Shown here piece after piece: positions 30,388 through 41,145 of a stretch of DNA of 64,000 nucleotides (its first letter is position 1; each line of letters opens with the position of its first letter). A model generated the notes under the pieces. It did not search any database. It was not told the origin of the DNA and was given only the letters and a program-made list of their open reading frames with translations. Origin of the DNA: Acaryochloridaceae cyanobacterium VAR_48_metabat_390 (GTDB lineage Bacteria > Cyanobacteriota > Cyanobacteriia > Thermosynechococcales > Thermosynechococcaceae). The DNA lies in assembly GCA_031422435.1 (NCBI GenBank), contig JANPLU010000030.1, forward strand, positions 32,001 through 96,000. The letters run 5' to 3'. Made by a program: the position numbers and the translations under genes.

Positions 30388-33300
30388 TTAGATTGTGGTC
30401 AAGATTGATACGTTCAGGAGCTGATTAACTTTGCTGAGTAATTCTGGGGTTGAAAACCCTTTGTTGAGGTAATCACTGGCACCTAATCGTCGTGCTTCTT
30501 TGCCCCATTCTTCAGAGAGGCGAGAGGACACGACTAAGATGGGCAGTTCTAGGCCAGACTGACGGCAGCGGTCAATGAGGGTGAACCCATCCATGTTGGG
30601 CATCTCAACATCCGTAATAATCAGGTCTGGGCGCTCGTTGGTTTGCAGCCAGTTCCAGGCTTCTAAGCCATCTGCACAGGTGAAGATGGTAAAACCGTTG
30701 GTGCTAAGACTGCCCTCAAGTCTTCGGCGCATTAAGGCGGCATCATCAACCACCAAAATCTTGCGAGAAGCAGACTGAGTTGGTTTAGGGCTATGAGCTT
30801 TGGCTGCTGGGGCAATTTTAGCTGTGGGTGCGGACTGGAGTCCGGTGATGAGGGCAATCGGATCCAGGATTGAAATTAATCGCCCATCGGGCTGGAGGCT
30901 AACGCCAAGGAGTCCGGCGGGGGCGACTAGGGGACTGGGGAGTGGGTTAATGAGTAGTTCTGCTTGACCCAGAAGATTGTCGGCGATGAACCAAAGTTCA
31001 GGGCTAGAACCCGATATTTCGGCCGACCGAGTGCGGATGGCGATCGCCGTATCCGTCAACGTCCTCGCCGTAGATTTTTCTGAAGATTGCTCTGCTTGCA
31101 GCCAGTAGTCTGCCAAGTCAAACCCAGGGGCTGCCCCTCGACGGGTCTGAAGCATCCAGGTCAATCGCGGGTTTTCTGTCTCCAGCGCAGAAATTTGAGC
31201 GGGATCAATCAGAATAGTTTCTAAAATTTCGTCCGTGGGGAGGGCAATGGTGCGATCGCCCACTTCCAGCAATACACAGGGTACCAAAAGCTTGGGTGAG
31301 GGAACTTCAAGGGTAAAGGTTGTCCCCTCACCTAGTTGGGTTTCAAGGCTAAGTTTTCCGTTGATGGCGGCAATTTGACTGGCAACTACGTCCATCCCCA
31401 CGCCGCGACCGGAGACTTCTGTCACGGTACTACGGGAGCTAAAGCCAGGTTGACACAGGACCGCTAATAGTTCGGCATTGGTGCGCGTTTGGTTGAGGGC
31501 AAATCCCTTGGATTGGGCAAGTTGGGCGATCGCAGCGGCATCAATACCGCCCCCGTCATCTTTAAGCACCAGTCGGTAAAGATTCCCGCGACGGTGAAGC
31601 GAGATTTCAAGGGTTCCCTGGGCAGATTTACCCTTCGCTAGACGAGTCTCAACCGACTCTAAGCCGTGGTCATAGGCATTTCTGAGCAGGTGCAGTAGGG
31701 CAGGCTCCAGCTGCTGAAGAATGCCTGCATCGAGTTCAACTTGCTCGCCGCTTACCAGCAGCTCGATGGGTTTACCGTAGCGATTGCTGAGATCTCGCAC
31801 AATGGCACGCGCGCGGAGGCCGAGGTTACGAAAGGGCACGAGACGGCTGGTTTCAATGCCGTCTTTAAGGCGGAGAATACTGAGATCGAGCTTGTCGAGG
31901 CGAATGGCGCTTTGCTGACTAACGGCCTCAATTTCTTGGCCTAGTTCGGACATTCGCAGAATGTTCTCTAGCAGCCGATTAATGGTGGTGTAGCCCTGGC
32001 GATAGCGCTCTAGATTGACATTACTGGCATCATCTTGGTCATCGCTGAGAACATGCAGTGAGGCGTAGTCATCTTGGAGCTGGCGCAGGCGGGTAATAAA
32101 CTGAGCGCTTTCTTGGGTGAGAGATGTAATTTGGGCGAGCTGCGTCTGAAGCGTTTGGGCGCTATTCATCACGCCACGGGCTGTGAGCAGCGTTTCGACC
32201 ACCTGCTGGGCAGACTGATCTAGGCGCGCTAAGGGCACAGCAATCTGAACGCTGCGTTTGGTCTCTAGGGCGATCGCCTCTGGTACTGCTGCCGCCATCT
32301 CTTCTGAAGGGATGGCGAGCTGGGGTTGAGCCATGACCTGGGGCAGCAGTCTAAACTCATCTAGATCTGCTCCTGCGAGGAACGCTTCAAGCGGTTCAGC
32401 CCAATCCTCGTCACTCAATTCAGGCTGAAGTGATGGGGACGTGAGTGCAGTCAGTTCGTCTAGGTCAAACTCGGTTAAGCCTTCAAATTCGTAAAGGCTA
32501 TCTAATGTTAATGCTTCTAGTGCAATTGTTTCTGTGCCGAGATGACGGGGTAAAACTGCATTAAAGTCTAGAGCTGATGTATTCTCCAACGCATTCAGAG
32601 AATCCAGACGGGTTTGCAGAGTAGGACTCATTTCGCCGCCTTGCTTGGCACAGTCTTTGAGGATTTGAAAATATTGAGGCCAGCATTGCTTCCACTGGAC
32701 ACTATCCGCCCGATCTGCAAGCGCTTGGCATTGAGCCATTAAAGGCGTCCAGCTCTGAGAAAACTGTAAATCTTCCCCAATTTGGGTGAGCTGGGCTAGG
32801 GTTTGGTGGGCAGTTTGAAGCATCTCTGTGGGGATGTTGCCCTGGGCGGGAAGCTGGTCTAGCGCCATTTCTAGCCCTAGCACCACCAGATCAAACCCCT
32901 GTTCGGCAAACTCCTGGTGCACCTGCTTTAGCTCACTCCATTCCGGCAGATAGTGCTGCCGAATGCGCTCATGGATGTCATGGATGCGTTTGACGGTGGG
33001 CTGCACTTGGGCGATCGCCGCGTTTCCGGTTGCCTTAATTTCAATACTGCTGCTCAGCAATTCTCCCGCCTCTAACAGCAGTTCCCGAAGCTGCCCGTCG
33101 GAGAGATCGGGGCACTGGTCTAAGTAGCGCAGATCTGAAAGCAAATCTTCAAGCACCATGCCAGCATGAAGCATTGCGTCTGCCTCTACCGTCACTGCTC
33201 CGCCCTTAATGGTGTGAACTGCGCGATAAATGTGCTGAATATCTGTGCCCCAGGATGGGTAGTTAAGACACTGCACCAAGCTAAAGTACTCCTGGAGATA

Positions 33301-33405
33301 CTGCTGGGTATCCACCTCAAACATGGCGCGCAGCTCTTGCTGAAGATCCATTTCAGCGGTATTGGTATTCCAGGGATCTAGGGAGAAGGGTTCAGATGCC
33401 GTCAT
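30388..33405 (-). CDS. cheA: CheA-like hybrid histidine kinase (Hpt-HATPase-CheW-REC)
   Basis: RAVHTIKGGA Hpt, HLLRNAYDHG, DDGGG, SGRGVGMDVV, C-terminal REC. Confidence 0.95.
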   Translation of the reverse strand: MTASEPFSLDPWNTNTAEMDLQQELRAMFEVDTQQYLQEYFSLVQCLNYPSWGTDIQHIYRAVHTIKGGAVTVEADAMLHAGMVLEDLLSDLRYLDQCPDLSDGQLRELLLEAGELLSSSIEIKATGNAAIAQVQPTVKRIHDIHERIRQHYLPEWSELKQVHQEFAEQGFDLVVLGLEMALDQLPAQGNIPTEMLQTAHQTLAQLTQIGEDLQFSQSWTPLMAQCQALADRADSVQWKQCWPQYFQILKDCAKQGGEMSPTLQTRLDSLNALENTSALDFNAVLPRHLGTETIALEALTLDSLYEFEGLTEFDLDELTALTSPSLQPELSDEDWAEPLEAFLAGADLDEFRLLPQVMAQPQLAIPSEEMAAAVPEAIALETKRSVQIAVPLARLDQSAQQVVETLLTARGVMNSAQTLQTQLAQITSLTQESAQFITRLRQLQDDYASLHVLSDDQDDASNVNLERYRQGYTTINRLLENILRMSELGQEIEAVSQQSAIRLDKLDLSILRLKDGIETSRLVPFRNLGLRARAIVRDLSNRYGKPIELLVSGEQVELDAGILQQLEPALLHLLRNAYDHGLESVETRLAKGKSAQGTLEISLHRRGNLYRLVLKDDGGGIDAAAIAQLAQSKGFALNQTRTNAELLAVLCQPGFSSRSTVTEVSGRGVGMDVVASQIAAINGKLSLETQLGEGTTFTLEVPSPKLLVPCVLLEVGDRTIALPTDEILETILIDPAQISALETENPRLTWMLQTRRGAAPGFDLADYWLQAEQSSEKSTARTLTDTAIAIRTRSAEISGSSPELWFIADNLLGQAELLINPLPSPLVAPAGLLGVSLQPDGRLISILDPIALITGLQSAPTAKIAPAAKAHSPKPTQSASRKILVVDDAALMRRRLEGSLSTNGFTIFTCADGLEAWNWLQTNERPDLIITDVEMPNMDGFTLIDRCRQSGLELPILVVSSRLSEEWGKEARRLGASDYLNKGFSTPELLSKVNQLLNVSILTTI

Positions 33406-33489
33406 GGTGCCGCTGACTCAATAGGAGAATGCTAAAGGACAAAAATAGGTAGGGATGAAGCGAAAAATTGCTGCTTCTGATCGTTGCGG

Positions 33490-35439
33490 CTATTTTGCTA
33501 CTGCCGCGACAAGTTGCGGTACCGCCAGGGGTTCCTGCAAAGACGACCGATCTTCTGGGAATGAAGGTGCTTCAGAAGGAATTTCTGCACTAACGCGGAA
33601 GAATTCCACCATTTCAAGAAGGGTGTGGGCAACCTTACCCATTGCTTCAACCTGCTTACGGGTGACGCTGGCTTTAGATTCAGTGGCTTGAGCAACGGTG
33701 GCGATCGCACTGGTTGCCGCCAGGGTATTGCGCACCACCTGCACAATCTCTTGGCTAGACTGGCTCACCTGAAAGCCGACTTGAGCCACCTGGGTTGTCA
33801 CCTGCTGAATGTTGTCAAACGCCTGACGAGATTGACCCACCCCACTGGTGAAGTCCTGCACCAGACTGCTGATTTCGACGACATCTTGATTGAGTCCAGA
33901 GGTCACGGTTTGAATTTGGTCGGTGCGTTGCTGAAGCGAAACTAAGCTGCGGTTGGTTTCTGCTGCTAGGCTATTGACCTGATGAGCAATGGTCTCAAAT
34001 TCATGAGCAAGGCTAGCAAACTGCTCTGGGTCTTGTTCTTGGAGCGCGCGCGAAGACAGGGTTGAGGCATTGAGTGCCAAAACGCGGGTCAGAGACGCTA
34101 CGCGCTTTTGGTCTTTTGAGAACTGCGAGGCCAAGTCTACAAAGTCTGTTAAGAGCTGGGTTCGTTTCACGATTTGGTCTGTGCCCTGCTGAAGGGTGGC
34201 AATGCCGCTTACCATTAGACCCATTTCCTGCTGTCCGGCAGTCACGGCAGCCTGAGCCAACTGCACGGCAGTATCGGTCGAAATGACCTGCGCTTGAGAA
34301 TGTTCGGTAAGGGTATTCATCTGATGCATCAACGCCTGTACCTTCTCCACCGAAACCGTTTGGTACTGTGCCTGCTGTGCTGTGTCGGTGGCAAGCTGCT
34401 CTAGTTCTTCGGCGCTGGATGTGACCTGCTGAGCGGTCGAAACGGTGAGGGACACAATGCCGTTGAGAGATTCTACAAGGCGGTTGAGGGTATCTGACAC
34501 CAGACCCGTTGCGCGCTCGTTGACGTCGGCTTGAATGGTGAGGTCGCCCTCTTCAAGCGCCAGCACCACATCTAAGATATGGGCAATGTCTGCTTGCAGC
34601 AGCTCACTTTCTTCACGGATTTGTTCGGACTGCATGGCTCGCTGCTGAATTTCTCCTTCAAGCTGTTGGTTGAGCTGCTGAAGGTTTTCTTGCGACGCCA
34701 GTAAAGAAATTTGGGATTGGCGGCGATCGCGGATATACCCTCGGACTGCCAGCAACACCACAGACCAGCTCAGCAACAGCACCAGTGAACTGAGGGCAGC
34801 AAAGGCAATCGACCAGGCTAAGTTTTTGCGATAGCCCTGAAGCTGAGTTTCCACATTTCGCTTTACCGTGCCTAAGGTTTCGTTAATTCCGTCGCTGTAG
34901 ATTGCCTTCTGCTTTTCGTACTCAGCGCCCAGCAGCAGTAAGAGTGCTTCTTTAGACTTACCTTTACGGTTTAGCTCAAACGCCTTGGTTTCCATATCCA
35001 CCAGCTTTTTATTGGCGATATCGGTCTGTTCAGGGTTCGCCTGCTCAGAGGCTGGAATATCTTTGAGAACCTCTTTAATCGACTCATCCAGCTTTGGCAC
35101 ATATTGGTTATAGCGGTCTTCCCACTGGGTACTGCCCGTACTCGCCGCCATTCGTGCTGACATCGTTAAGACTTCATCTAGGTGGATGATTTTGCCGCTC
35201 AAGTCCTGAAGCTTAAACTGTCGGTCAACGGTGGTTTGTAGACCCTGATAAATCCGCCATACGTTCCAGGCGGAGGTGCCCGTCATTGCCACGCTAAACA
35301 GCAGCGATACCGTAATGGTTCCTATCAGCCGCGTTTGAAGTGCAGACTGTAAACGCGCCAGCGCCGAGGTACGCTTCGGTTCTAGGTTTAACGGTTCATG
35401 GATTGGCGGTGGCTTTGGAAAGTTTTCAGAGGTCATCAT
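33490..35439 (-). CDS. Methyl-accepting chemotaxis protein (2 TM, periplasmic sensor)
   Basis: Two TM segments, HAMP-like EEGDLTIQADV, divergent tip TRVLALNAS. Confidence 0.9.
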   Translation of the reverse strand: MMTSENFPKPPPIHEPLNLEPKRTSALARLQSALQTRLIGTITVSLLFSVAMTGTSAWNVWRIYQGLQTTVDRQFKLQDLSGKIIHLDEVLTMSARMAASTGSTQWEDRYNQYVPKLDESIKEVLKDIPASEQANPEQTDIANKKLVDMETKAFELNRKGKSKEALLLLLGAEYEKQKAIYSDGINETLGTVKRNVETQLQGYRKNLAWSIAFAALSSLVLLLSWSVVLLAVRGYIRDRRQSQISLLASQENLQQLNQQLEGEIQQRAMQSEQIREESELLQADIAHILDVVLALEEGDLTIQADVNERATGLVSDTLNRLVESLNGIVSLTVSTAQQVTSSAEELEQLATDTAQQAQYQTVSVEKVQALMHQMNTLTEHSQAQVISTDTAVQLAQAAVTAGQQEMGLMVSGIATLQQGTDQIVKRTQLLTDFVDLASQFSKDQKRVASLTRVLALNASTLSSRALQEQDPEQFASLAHEFETIAHQVNSLAAETNRSLVSLQQRTDQIQTVTSGLNQDVVEISSLVQDFTSGVGQSRQAFDNIQQVTTQVAQVGFQVSQSSQEIVQVVRNTLAATSAIATVAQATESKASVTRKQVEAMGKVAHTLLEMVEFFRVSAEIPSEAPSFPEDRSSLQEPLAVPQLVAAVAK

Positions 35440-35545
35440 ATTCTCTAAAGCAATGAACGAAGGTCAGTGTATGAAATACAAGGGTGGGCTACAAAGGGTA
35501 GGCGTAGCGTTTGGGCGCTAGGCACCATTAAAAAACAAGGACGGA

Positions 35546-37525
35546 CTAGCGCTCGGTAATTCCAGCCAGAGCGGGTTGAGGGTCAAATACAGGCTCGGGT
35601 TCAAAGATGTCTATGACCGCGTTAGGGTGCATCATCTCTGCTACCTCTACAGCTATGGCGGCGGATGGCAGTCTGAAGACCTGAACATTCTGAACCAGGG
35701 TTTCTGATAGGCTGCTCATCTGGTCAGAAATTTGCTGTGCGTCTTGGGACTGCTGGGCAATCTGACGCGACAAAACGGTAATGGCGTCCATGGCGATCGC
35801 AGTAGAGTCTGCGGCTTCTACAATGCTTTGACTGGTTTGGGCGACGGTATCACCAGCCTGTACCGCTTCGCCCGTGACGGTTTGAACGGTTTGAAATACT
35901 TCACGAGTTTGCTTTACCCCACTGGTAAAGCTATGAACCAGTCCTCCTAACCGCTGCACCTCTGTGTCCACATCCGACACCACTCGGTGAATTTGGGCGC
36001 TACGCTGCTCTAGACTGGCGAGTCCTTCGTTGGTTTGCCGTGCCAGCTCGCTAACCTGATCGGCAATTAGCTCAAACTCTCGCGCTACTGCCGCAAACTG
36101 TTTGGGGTTGTGCTGTTCGGCGGCACGGGCTGCCACCAGCGATGCGTTTAGGGCTAGTACCTGGGTTTGGGTGGCAATTTCGCCCTGATCCTGCACAAAC
36201 TGGTCGGCAAGCCCCACAAATTCTCCCAGGGTCTTCATCTGCTGCACAATGCGATCGCTCCCCTGCTGCAGCACATCAATTTCCTGGGTGAGGGCACCGA
36301 CGGCTCCCTCTCCATTGACTACAGCGGTCTGAAGCATCCGTAGGGCATGGTTGGTTTGGGCAAGCTGGGCGGCGGCACTGTTGGCTGATAGCCGGACTTT
36401 TTCAGTGAGAGACAGTACCTGAGTCACAGATTGAGACTGTTCGCGGGTGCTTTGTGCGACGGTCGCCGCAATCTCTTTTTGGCGACTGCTGCTGATGGAA
36501 ACGTGCCCAGCCGTTGTAGAAACTTGGCTCAAAATTTGGCCTAAGGCTTCTACAAGACGATTTAAGGTATCTCCGACCAGTCCGGTTGCGCGCTCATTTA
36601 CTTCAGCTTGAATGGTGAAGTCGCCTTCTTCAATCGAACACACGACGTCTAGAAGGTGTCCGATGTCTTCTTGAAGCTGGATACTTTCTTGGCGAGTTTT
36701 TGTCTCTTGTTGTTGACGGGTATTGGCCTCTACCCAGAGTTCTCCGTTGGAGATCATCAGGGCATCTTGGGACTTTTGGAGCGCTTCTTGAGCACGCTGG
36801 CGCTCGCGAATGTAGTCTCGCACGGCGGATAACACCAAAATCCAGCTTCCTAGCAGAATGGGTAAGGTAACACCTGCAAATGCCATCGACGCAAAGAGCT
36901 GCTGCTGATAGCTTTGCAGTTGGGTTTGAATCAGCTCATCAATACGATTGAGAACCTTTTGATTTCCTGCTGCATAGATCTGTTTTTGGGTGCTGTACTC
37001 AGGCCCTAGCAAAAGCTGGAGTGCCACTTTAGACTGACCTTTACTAACCAGCTCAAAGGATTTGGTTTCCAGATCCACCAGCTTTTTGTTGGCCTCATCG
37101 GTCTTGCTGGCCTCAGCACGAATATCTTGCGTAACGTTTGCAAGTGTCTCTTTAATGGCTTCATCGAGCTTAGGAACGTATTCGTTGTAGCGGGTTTCCC
37201 ATTTTAGGTCGCCCGTACTTGCCGCCATTCGAGCAGACATGGTCAATACTTCGTCTAGATGCACCACCTGACCGCTGAGCTTCTCTAGGCGAAACTGTTG
37301 ATTCACCGTAGAGCGGAAGCTTCGGTAGATGTTCCAGGTATTCAGGGTCGAAAACCCCGTCAAGATTAAACTGCCTGCGATAGTTGCTGTAATACTGCCA
37401 ATCAGATGGGTGCGAATAAACTGCTGCATTCGCTTTACGGGAGTTGTGGCTGTGGTGCTGATGTCTGAGTTCAGCGGCTCAGTTTGAGCGGAGGATTTAA
37501 TGGGTTGGGGGGGTGTAGAATTCAT
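35546..37525 (-). CDS. Methyl-accepting chemotaxis protein (2 TM, periplasmic sensor)
   Basis: Paralog of the adjacent MCP; tip TQVLALNASLVAARA. Confidence 0.9.
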   Translation of the reverse strand: MNSTPPQPIKSSAQTEPLNSDISTTATTPVKRMQQFIRTHLIGSITATIAGSLILTGFSTLNTWNIYRSFRSTVNQQFRLEKLSGQVVHLDEVLTMSARMAASTGDLKWETRYNEYVPKLDEAIKETLANVTQDIRAEASKTDEANKKLVDLETKSFELVSKGQSKVALQLLLGPEYSTQKQIYAAGNQKVLNRIDELIQTQLQSYQQQLFASMAFAGVTLPILLGSWILVLSAVRDYIRERQRAQEALQKSQDALMISNGELWVEANTRQQQETKTRQESIQLQEDIGHLLDVVCSIEEGDFTIQAEVNERATGLVGDTLNRLVEALGQILSQVSTTAGHVSISSSRQKEIAATVAQSTREQSQSVTQVLSLTEKVRLSANSAAAQLAQTNHALRMLQTAVVNGEGAVGALTQEIDVLQQGSDRIVQQMKTLGEFVGLADQFVQDQGEIATQTQVLALNASLVAARAAEQHNPKQFAAVAREFELIADQVSELARQTNEGLASLEQRSAQIHRVVSDVDTEVQRLGGLVHSFTSGVKQTREVFQTVQTVTGEAVQAGDTVAQTSQSIVEAADSTAIAMDAITVLSRQIAQQSQDAQQISDQMSSLSETLVQNVQVFRLPSAAIAVEVAEMMHPNAVIDIFEPEPVFDPQPALAGITER

Positions 37526-37636
37526 AAGCGATGCTGCTGCTGTTTAGAAAGTGATTTCGTAAAAATACGGTTGGATGTTGCCGACGCTTTGCCTGCGCTC
37601 AATTGAAGATGCGTTAAAGACCAAAGGCTGATAGAT

Positions 37637-38131
37637 TTATGACACCCAACAGATGGGCTGCCATAGATCTGCACTCACCATTTCTGGGCGCAGAAGCATC
37701 ATGGCTGCTTTAGGAGACTGCGGAGATTCTAAAAATATGGCGCTGGGTAGTGCTGTGCGGGTTTGGCTACCTAAGGTGCGGTCAATGACTAAGCCGACTT
37801 GTGCGAGCGATCCGGCTGCACTCCCTAGCTTAACCACCATGCTGTTTTCTCTGGGCAGGGCTGATTCTGCAGTCAACAGTTTATGGGCACACAGCAGCGG
37901 CAACACTTGCCCACCTTGATGGGTAATGCCGATCAGTAAGGGGCTATAGAAGGGAAGAGGAAGGATCTGCGATCGCTCCACTCGAAACACTTCTGTAACC
38001 CATAGGGCTGGAATCACTAGCGTTATGGACTGCACCTGAGCCAGAATAAACCGATCACTCAGGGCAGCGGTGGAGGGAGCCGCCGCCCCTTGAGGGGATA
38101 GTGCAGAATGAGTGGGGGCGATCGCAGTCAT
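37637..38131 (-). CDS. cheW: CheW adaptor
   Basis: ILPLPFYSPLLIGITHQGGQVLPL, VGLVID; position in the operon. Confidence 0.85.
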   Translation of the reverse strand: MTAIAPTHSALSPQGAAAPSTAALSDRFILAQVQSITLVIPALWVTEVFRVERSQILPLPFYSPLLIGITHQGGQVLPLLCAHKLLTAESALPRENSMVVKLGSAAGSLAQVGLVIDRTLGSQTRTALPSAIFLESPQSPKAAMMLLRPEMVSADLWQPICWVS

Positions 38132-38142
38132 TGGTTTAGTCC

Positions 38143-38517
38143 TTAAGCAGCAGTAGCAGCAGCAACACGGTCTAGAACTTGCCCAACAGAGTCATGGGTG
38201 ACGGGCTTGGTGAGATAGTCATTTGCACCCGCTCGTTTCAAGCCGTAGTTAATTTCGAGCGGCGTTTTTTTGCTAGAGCAAAACACCACGTATTGACCGG
38301 CTGTTTTGGGGTTGAGACGGAGCGTTCGCAGAAACTTATAGCCGTCCTGCTCGGGCATCACCACATCTAAAAACACCAGGTCATAATGTCCTTGCTCAAC
38401 TTGCTCAAGGGCATCGGTTGGGCTTGCACACTGGTCAACCCCATGCCCCAGAGACTCTAGCAAAGAGGCGAGAGCGTGCCGATCAACTGAGCTGTCATCA
38501 ATAATAAGAAAACGCAT
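38143..38517 (-). CDS. Single-domain response regulator (CheY/PilH-like)
   Basis: IIDDS, FLDVVMP..DG, GANDYLTKP. Confidence 0.92.
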   Translation of the reverse strand: MRFLIIDDSSVDRHALASLLESLGHGVDQCASPTDALEQVEQGHYDLVFLDVVMPEQDGYKFLRTLRLNPKTAGQYVVFCSSKKTPLEINYGLKRAGANDYLTKPVTHDSVGQVLDRVAAATAA

Positions 38518-38553
38518 TTTGGCTCCTTTAGGTACTCAAGAAAACGTAAATTT

Positions 38554-39744
38554 TTAGGACTGGACGAGATCAGATGCTGGGGTAACCAATCGCTGGAGCA
38601 GCTCCTGAAGCTGCGCCTGAAACTCGCCCACATCTGCCGCGCAAAGGGGCTTATTCAAAAAGTCACACCCACTCCACTGCGCGCGCCACTTATTAGAAAG
38701 CTTTTGCTCTCCGGTTAAAATGACCAGCGGAATGGCAGCAATCTCTGGCTGTTGACGGATTTGCTTAACCAGATCAAACCCTGAAATACCAGGCATGTTG
38801 ATATCAATAAAGATGCTGGCGGGTTTAACCTGCAAAACATTTGACATTGCGGTCGCCGCGTTTTGACATGCGACGACTGGGTAGCCCAAGGCCGTCACCC
38901 AGTGCTGAAACTGCTTTAGCACTAAAGGGGAATCATCAATAATCATGACGACCGAGGGGGCTGACTGATGAGGTGCGTCAAGGTTGACCAATCCTGCTCT
39001 GACTAATCGCGCAAACATGGTGGCAATTTCTAAGCTATCTTTGGCGAGATCAATCGCAATATGATTAATTGACCTGCCGGATTTCACCAGTATCCGAATC
39101 CGATCTTTTTGGATTTGCGGCAGTGGAGTTTGCTCAAAGACATCCACGTTAAGCGTAGGCACCAGGTTCATCGACGGTACCTGCTGTCTAATCTGTTGCC
39201 AAAGAACCTGGCGCTCAAGTGCGTCGCGCATCATCACTTGGGCATCAGCCTTAAGCAGCATCAGCTGATGCTTATCAGAAGCCATTTCGGCGTCAGGGAC
39301 AAATACTGCATCACCGGAACCCATCCGCAAATAAGTATCTAAGTCATTGAGGATTTTAAGGCGTGAAGCTGCGTTGAGCTGAGACTCATCGGCAATTTCC
39401 ATTTGCCGGATCTGCTTTAGCAGCTTAGTTGGCGTGATGGTTTGGTCACGCACTTTTTTTTGCAAAAGTATAAAGCTGCTTTTAGCTGGCTCTTGTCGAG
39501 CTTCCGGAATATAGCGCTGTACTAACCTCAGCAGTGCAGATGAACTCCAGGGCGTGTTGCCGGAATGTACAATTTGTCCGTTAGATACGCCCAAATACCA
39601 GTGAAAGGTCGTTTCACGAGCCGATAGTCGATCAAATTGATGCCGCCAATATCCGCTCGCATTGAGAGGGATATTCGCTACCAGTTTTTGAGACAGATCT
39701 TGACCCTGAAATGAAAACTGATGAGTTCTGTTCATTACTGCCAT
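38554..39744 (-). CDS. PatA-type response regulator (PATAN + REC)
   Basis: About 400 aa, N-terminal PATAN-like region, C-terminal REC (IDDSP, DINMP, SGCDFLNKP); first gene of the che operon. Confidence 0.85.
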   Translation of the reverse strand: MAVMNRTHQFSFQGQDLSQKLVANIPLNASGYWRHQFDRLSARETTFHWYLGVSNGQIVHSGNTPWSSSALLRLVQRYIPEARQEPAKSSFILLQKKVRDQTITPTKLLKQIRQMEIADESQLNAASRLKILNDLDTYLRMGSGDAVFVPDAEMASDKHQLMLLKADAQVMMRDALERQVLWQQIRQQVPSMNLVPTLNVDVFEQTPLPQIQKDRIRILVKSGRSINHIAIDLAKDSLEIATMFARLVRAGLVNLDAPHQSAPSVVMIIDDSPLVLKQFQHWVTALGYPVVACQNAATAMSNVLQVKPASIFIDINMPGISGFDLVKQIRQQPEIAAIPLVILTGEQKLSNKWRAQWSGCDFLNKPLCAADVGEFQAQLQELLQRLVTPASDLVQS

Positions 39745-40000
39745 GCTTCAACCACCATGCTGCTTAGATCGGCGAACGGGTCTCTTTATGTAGATTGCCC
39801 ATCTAAAACTTGGAGTGTTACAAATTGGCGGAATTTTCTTTAGATTGAAATTTTATGCGTTAGCCTCTTCTGCTGAGATGCGCGTCATTAGGAGCCGATC
39901 GCCGCCCTGATGAAATCCCCCTGTTCTGCACCTGACTCAACCCTGTAAACTAGAGGCAATATCCTCCACATACTCTGCTTGTGCAGACATTGCCTTGACC

Positions 40001-41077
40001 ATGACCGAATCGCTTATTCCACCCGCAGACGACTCCATAGATGCTGAGAGCCTATTTTTAATGCTGCGGCGTAAGCAGGAAAGCTGGGTTGAGTGGGGGC
40101 AAGCGTGTCAGCAGCTCCAAAAGGCAGGACACTCGCCCCAAGCTATTTTTGAAGAGACGGGCTTTGAGCCAATTCAGCAAAATCAGGTTATGGTGGGTGC
40201 CCAAGTCTACGCAGGGCTGGTGCAGTTCAATGCAGACCCTCAGGTGTTAGAGCATTTTGGTCATCGCGGCAGCGATATTCTCTACGAACTGCGGGTGTTT
40301 ACTCAGCCCGAACGACCTGCGATCGCCGCCCTAGCTTTCCAGCACAAGCTAGACTCCGACGAAGCCCATGACCTGACCCGCGCCATCAAAGACTTTGCTC
40401 GAGTTCGCAAGCCACCAGAGGCGTTTGCGACCAATCACCCTGGTGATGCAGTTGCCCATCAAACTTGGGTACAGGCAAAGCAAAAGTCAGACCTTCAGGA
40501 GCGATCGCGCCTCATTGCCAAGGGGCTTAAGTTTGCCCACAGCGATAGCGCCCGTAAAGAAATTGAAAAGCTGCTCACAGACTTTAGCGTGACCAAAGCG
40601 CAGACTTCGCCCCGTCTACCCCTCTCTCGCCCAGACTCAGAACTAGACCTACCGCGTATCGTGCCACTCTTAGGCAAACTGCCGCTGCCCGTAGAGGCGC
40701 TGAAGGCTGCCCCTATGATTGAAGAAGAGGGCGCATTCCGCATCGTTAAGTTTGCTGGAGAAGGCGCATGGGTGCCATTACCAGGCTGGCAGGTGATTGC
40801 CAGCGCGGAAGATCCGGTTGCGGTGTTGAGTGATGGCGATCGCCTCCCTATCCCCCCAGACCAGGCTTCGGATGAGGTGTTGATCATCATCGATCGCGCC
40901 CACCGCGACTGGGATGACCAGAGCTATTTTGTTGTAGAGGCAGACGGTGAACTGGACGTTCAGTGGTTTGCTGACGCACCTACCGAGAAGATTTTAGGAC
41001 GTGTGGTGGTGGTGGTGCGACCCAAGCGATTTTTTGATGAGGAAGCCACGAAGGAGATGTGGGTATTGGATGAGTAA
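40001..41077 (+). CDS. raf1: RuBisCO accumulation factor 1
   Basis: LRRKQESWVEWG.AC..L, IFEETGFEPIQQNQ, WVPLPGWQ, VVRPKR. Confidence 0.93.
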   Translation: MTESLIPPADDSIDAESLFLMLRRKQESWVEWGQACQQLQKAGHSPQAIFEETGFEPIQQNQVMVGAQVYAGLVQFNADPQVLEHFGHRGSDILYELRVFTQPERPAIAALAFQHKLDSDEAHDLTRAIKDFARVRKPPEAFATNHPGDAVAHQTWVQAKQKSDLQERSRLIAKGLKFAHSDSARKEIEKLLTDFSVTKAQTSPRLPLSRPDSELDLPRIVPLLGKLPLPVEALKAAPMIEEEGAFRIVKFAGEGAWVPLPGWQVIASAEDPVAVLSDGDRLPIPPDQASDEVLIIIDRAHRDWDDQSYFVVEADGELDVQWFADAPTEKILGRVVVVVRPKRFFDEEATKEMWVLDE

Positions 41078-41145
41078 AGGTGGGTGATCGTATCTAAACC
41101 CTTGCTACTGTAATTTGAAGGTGTCAGAACAGACAAAACCAAGCC

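Noticed and set aside
41078..41145. Retron ncRNA/RT associated with the ATPase-HNH pair
   Set aside because: Only 68 bp upstream with no a1/a2 inverted repeats, and no YADD-type RT ORF in the window
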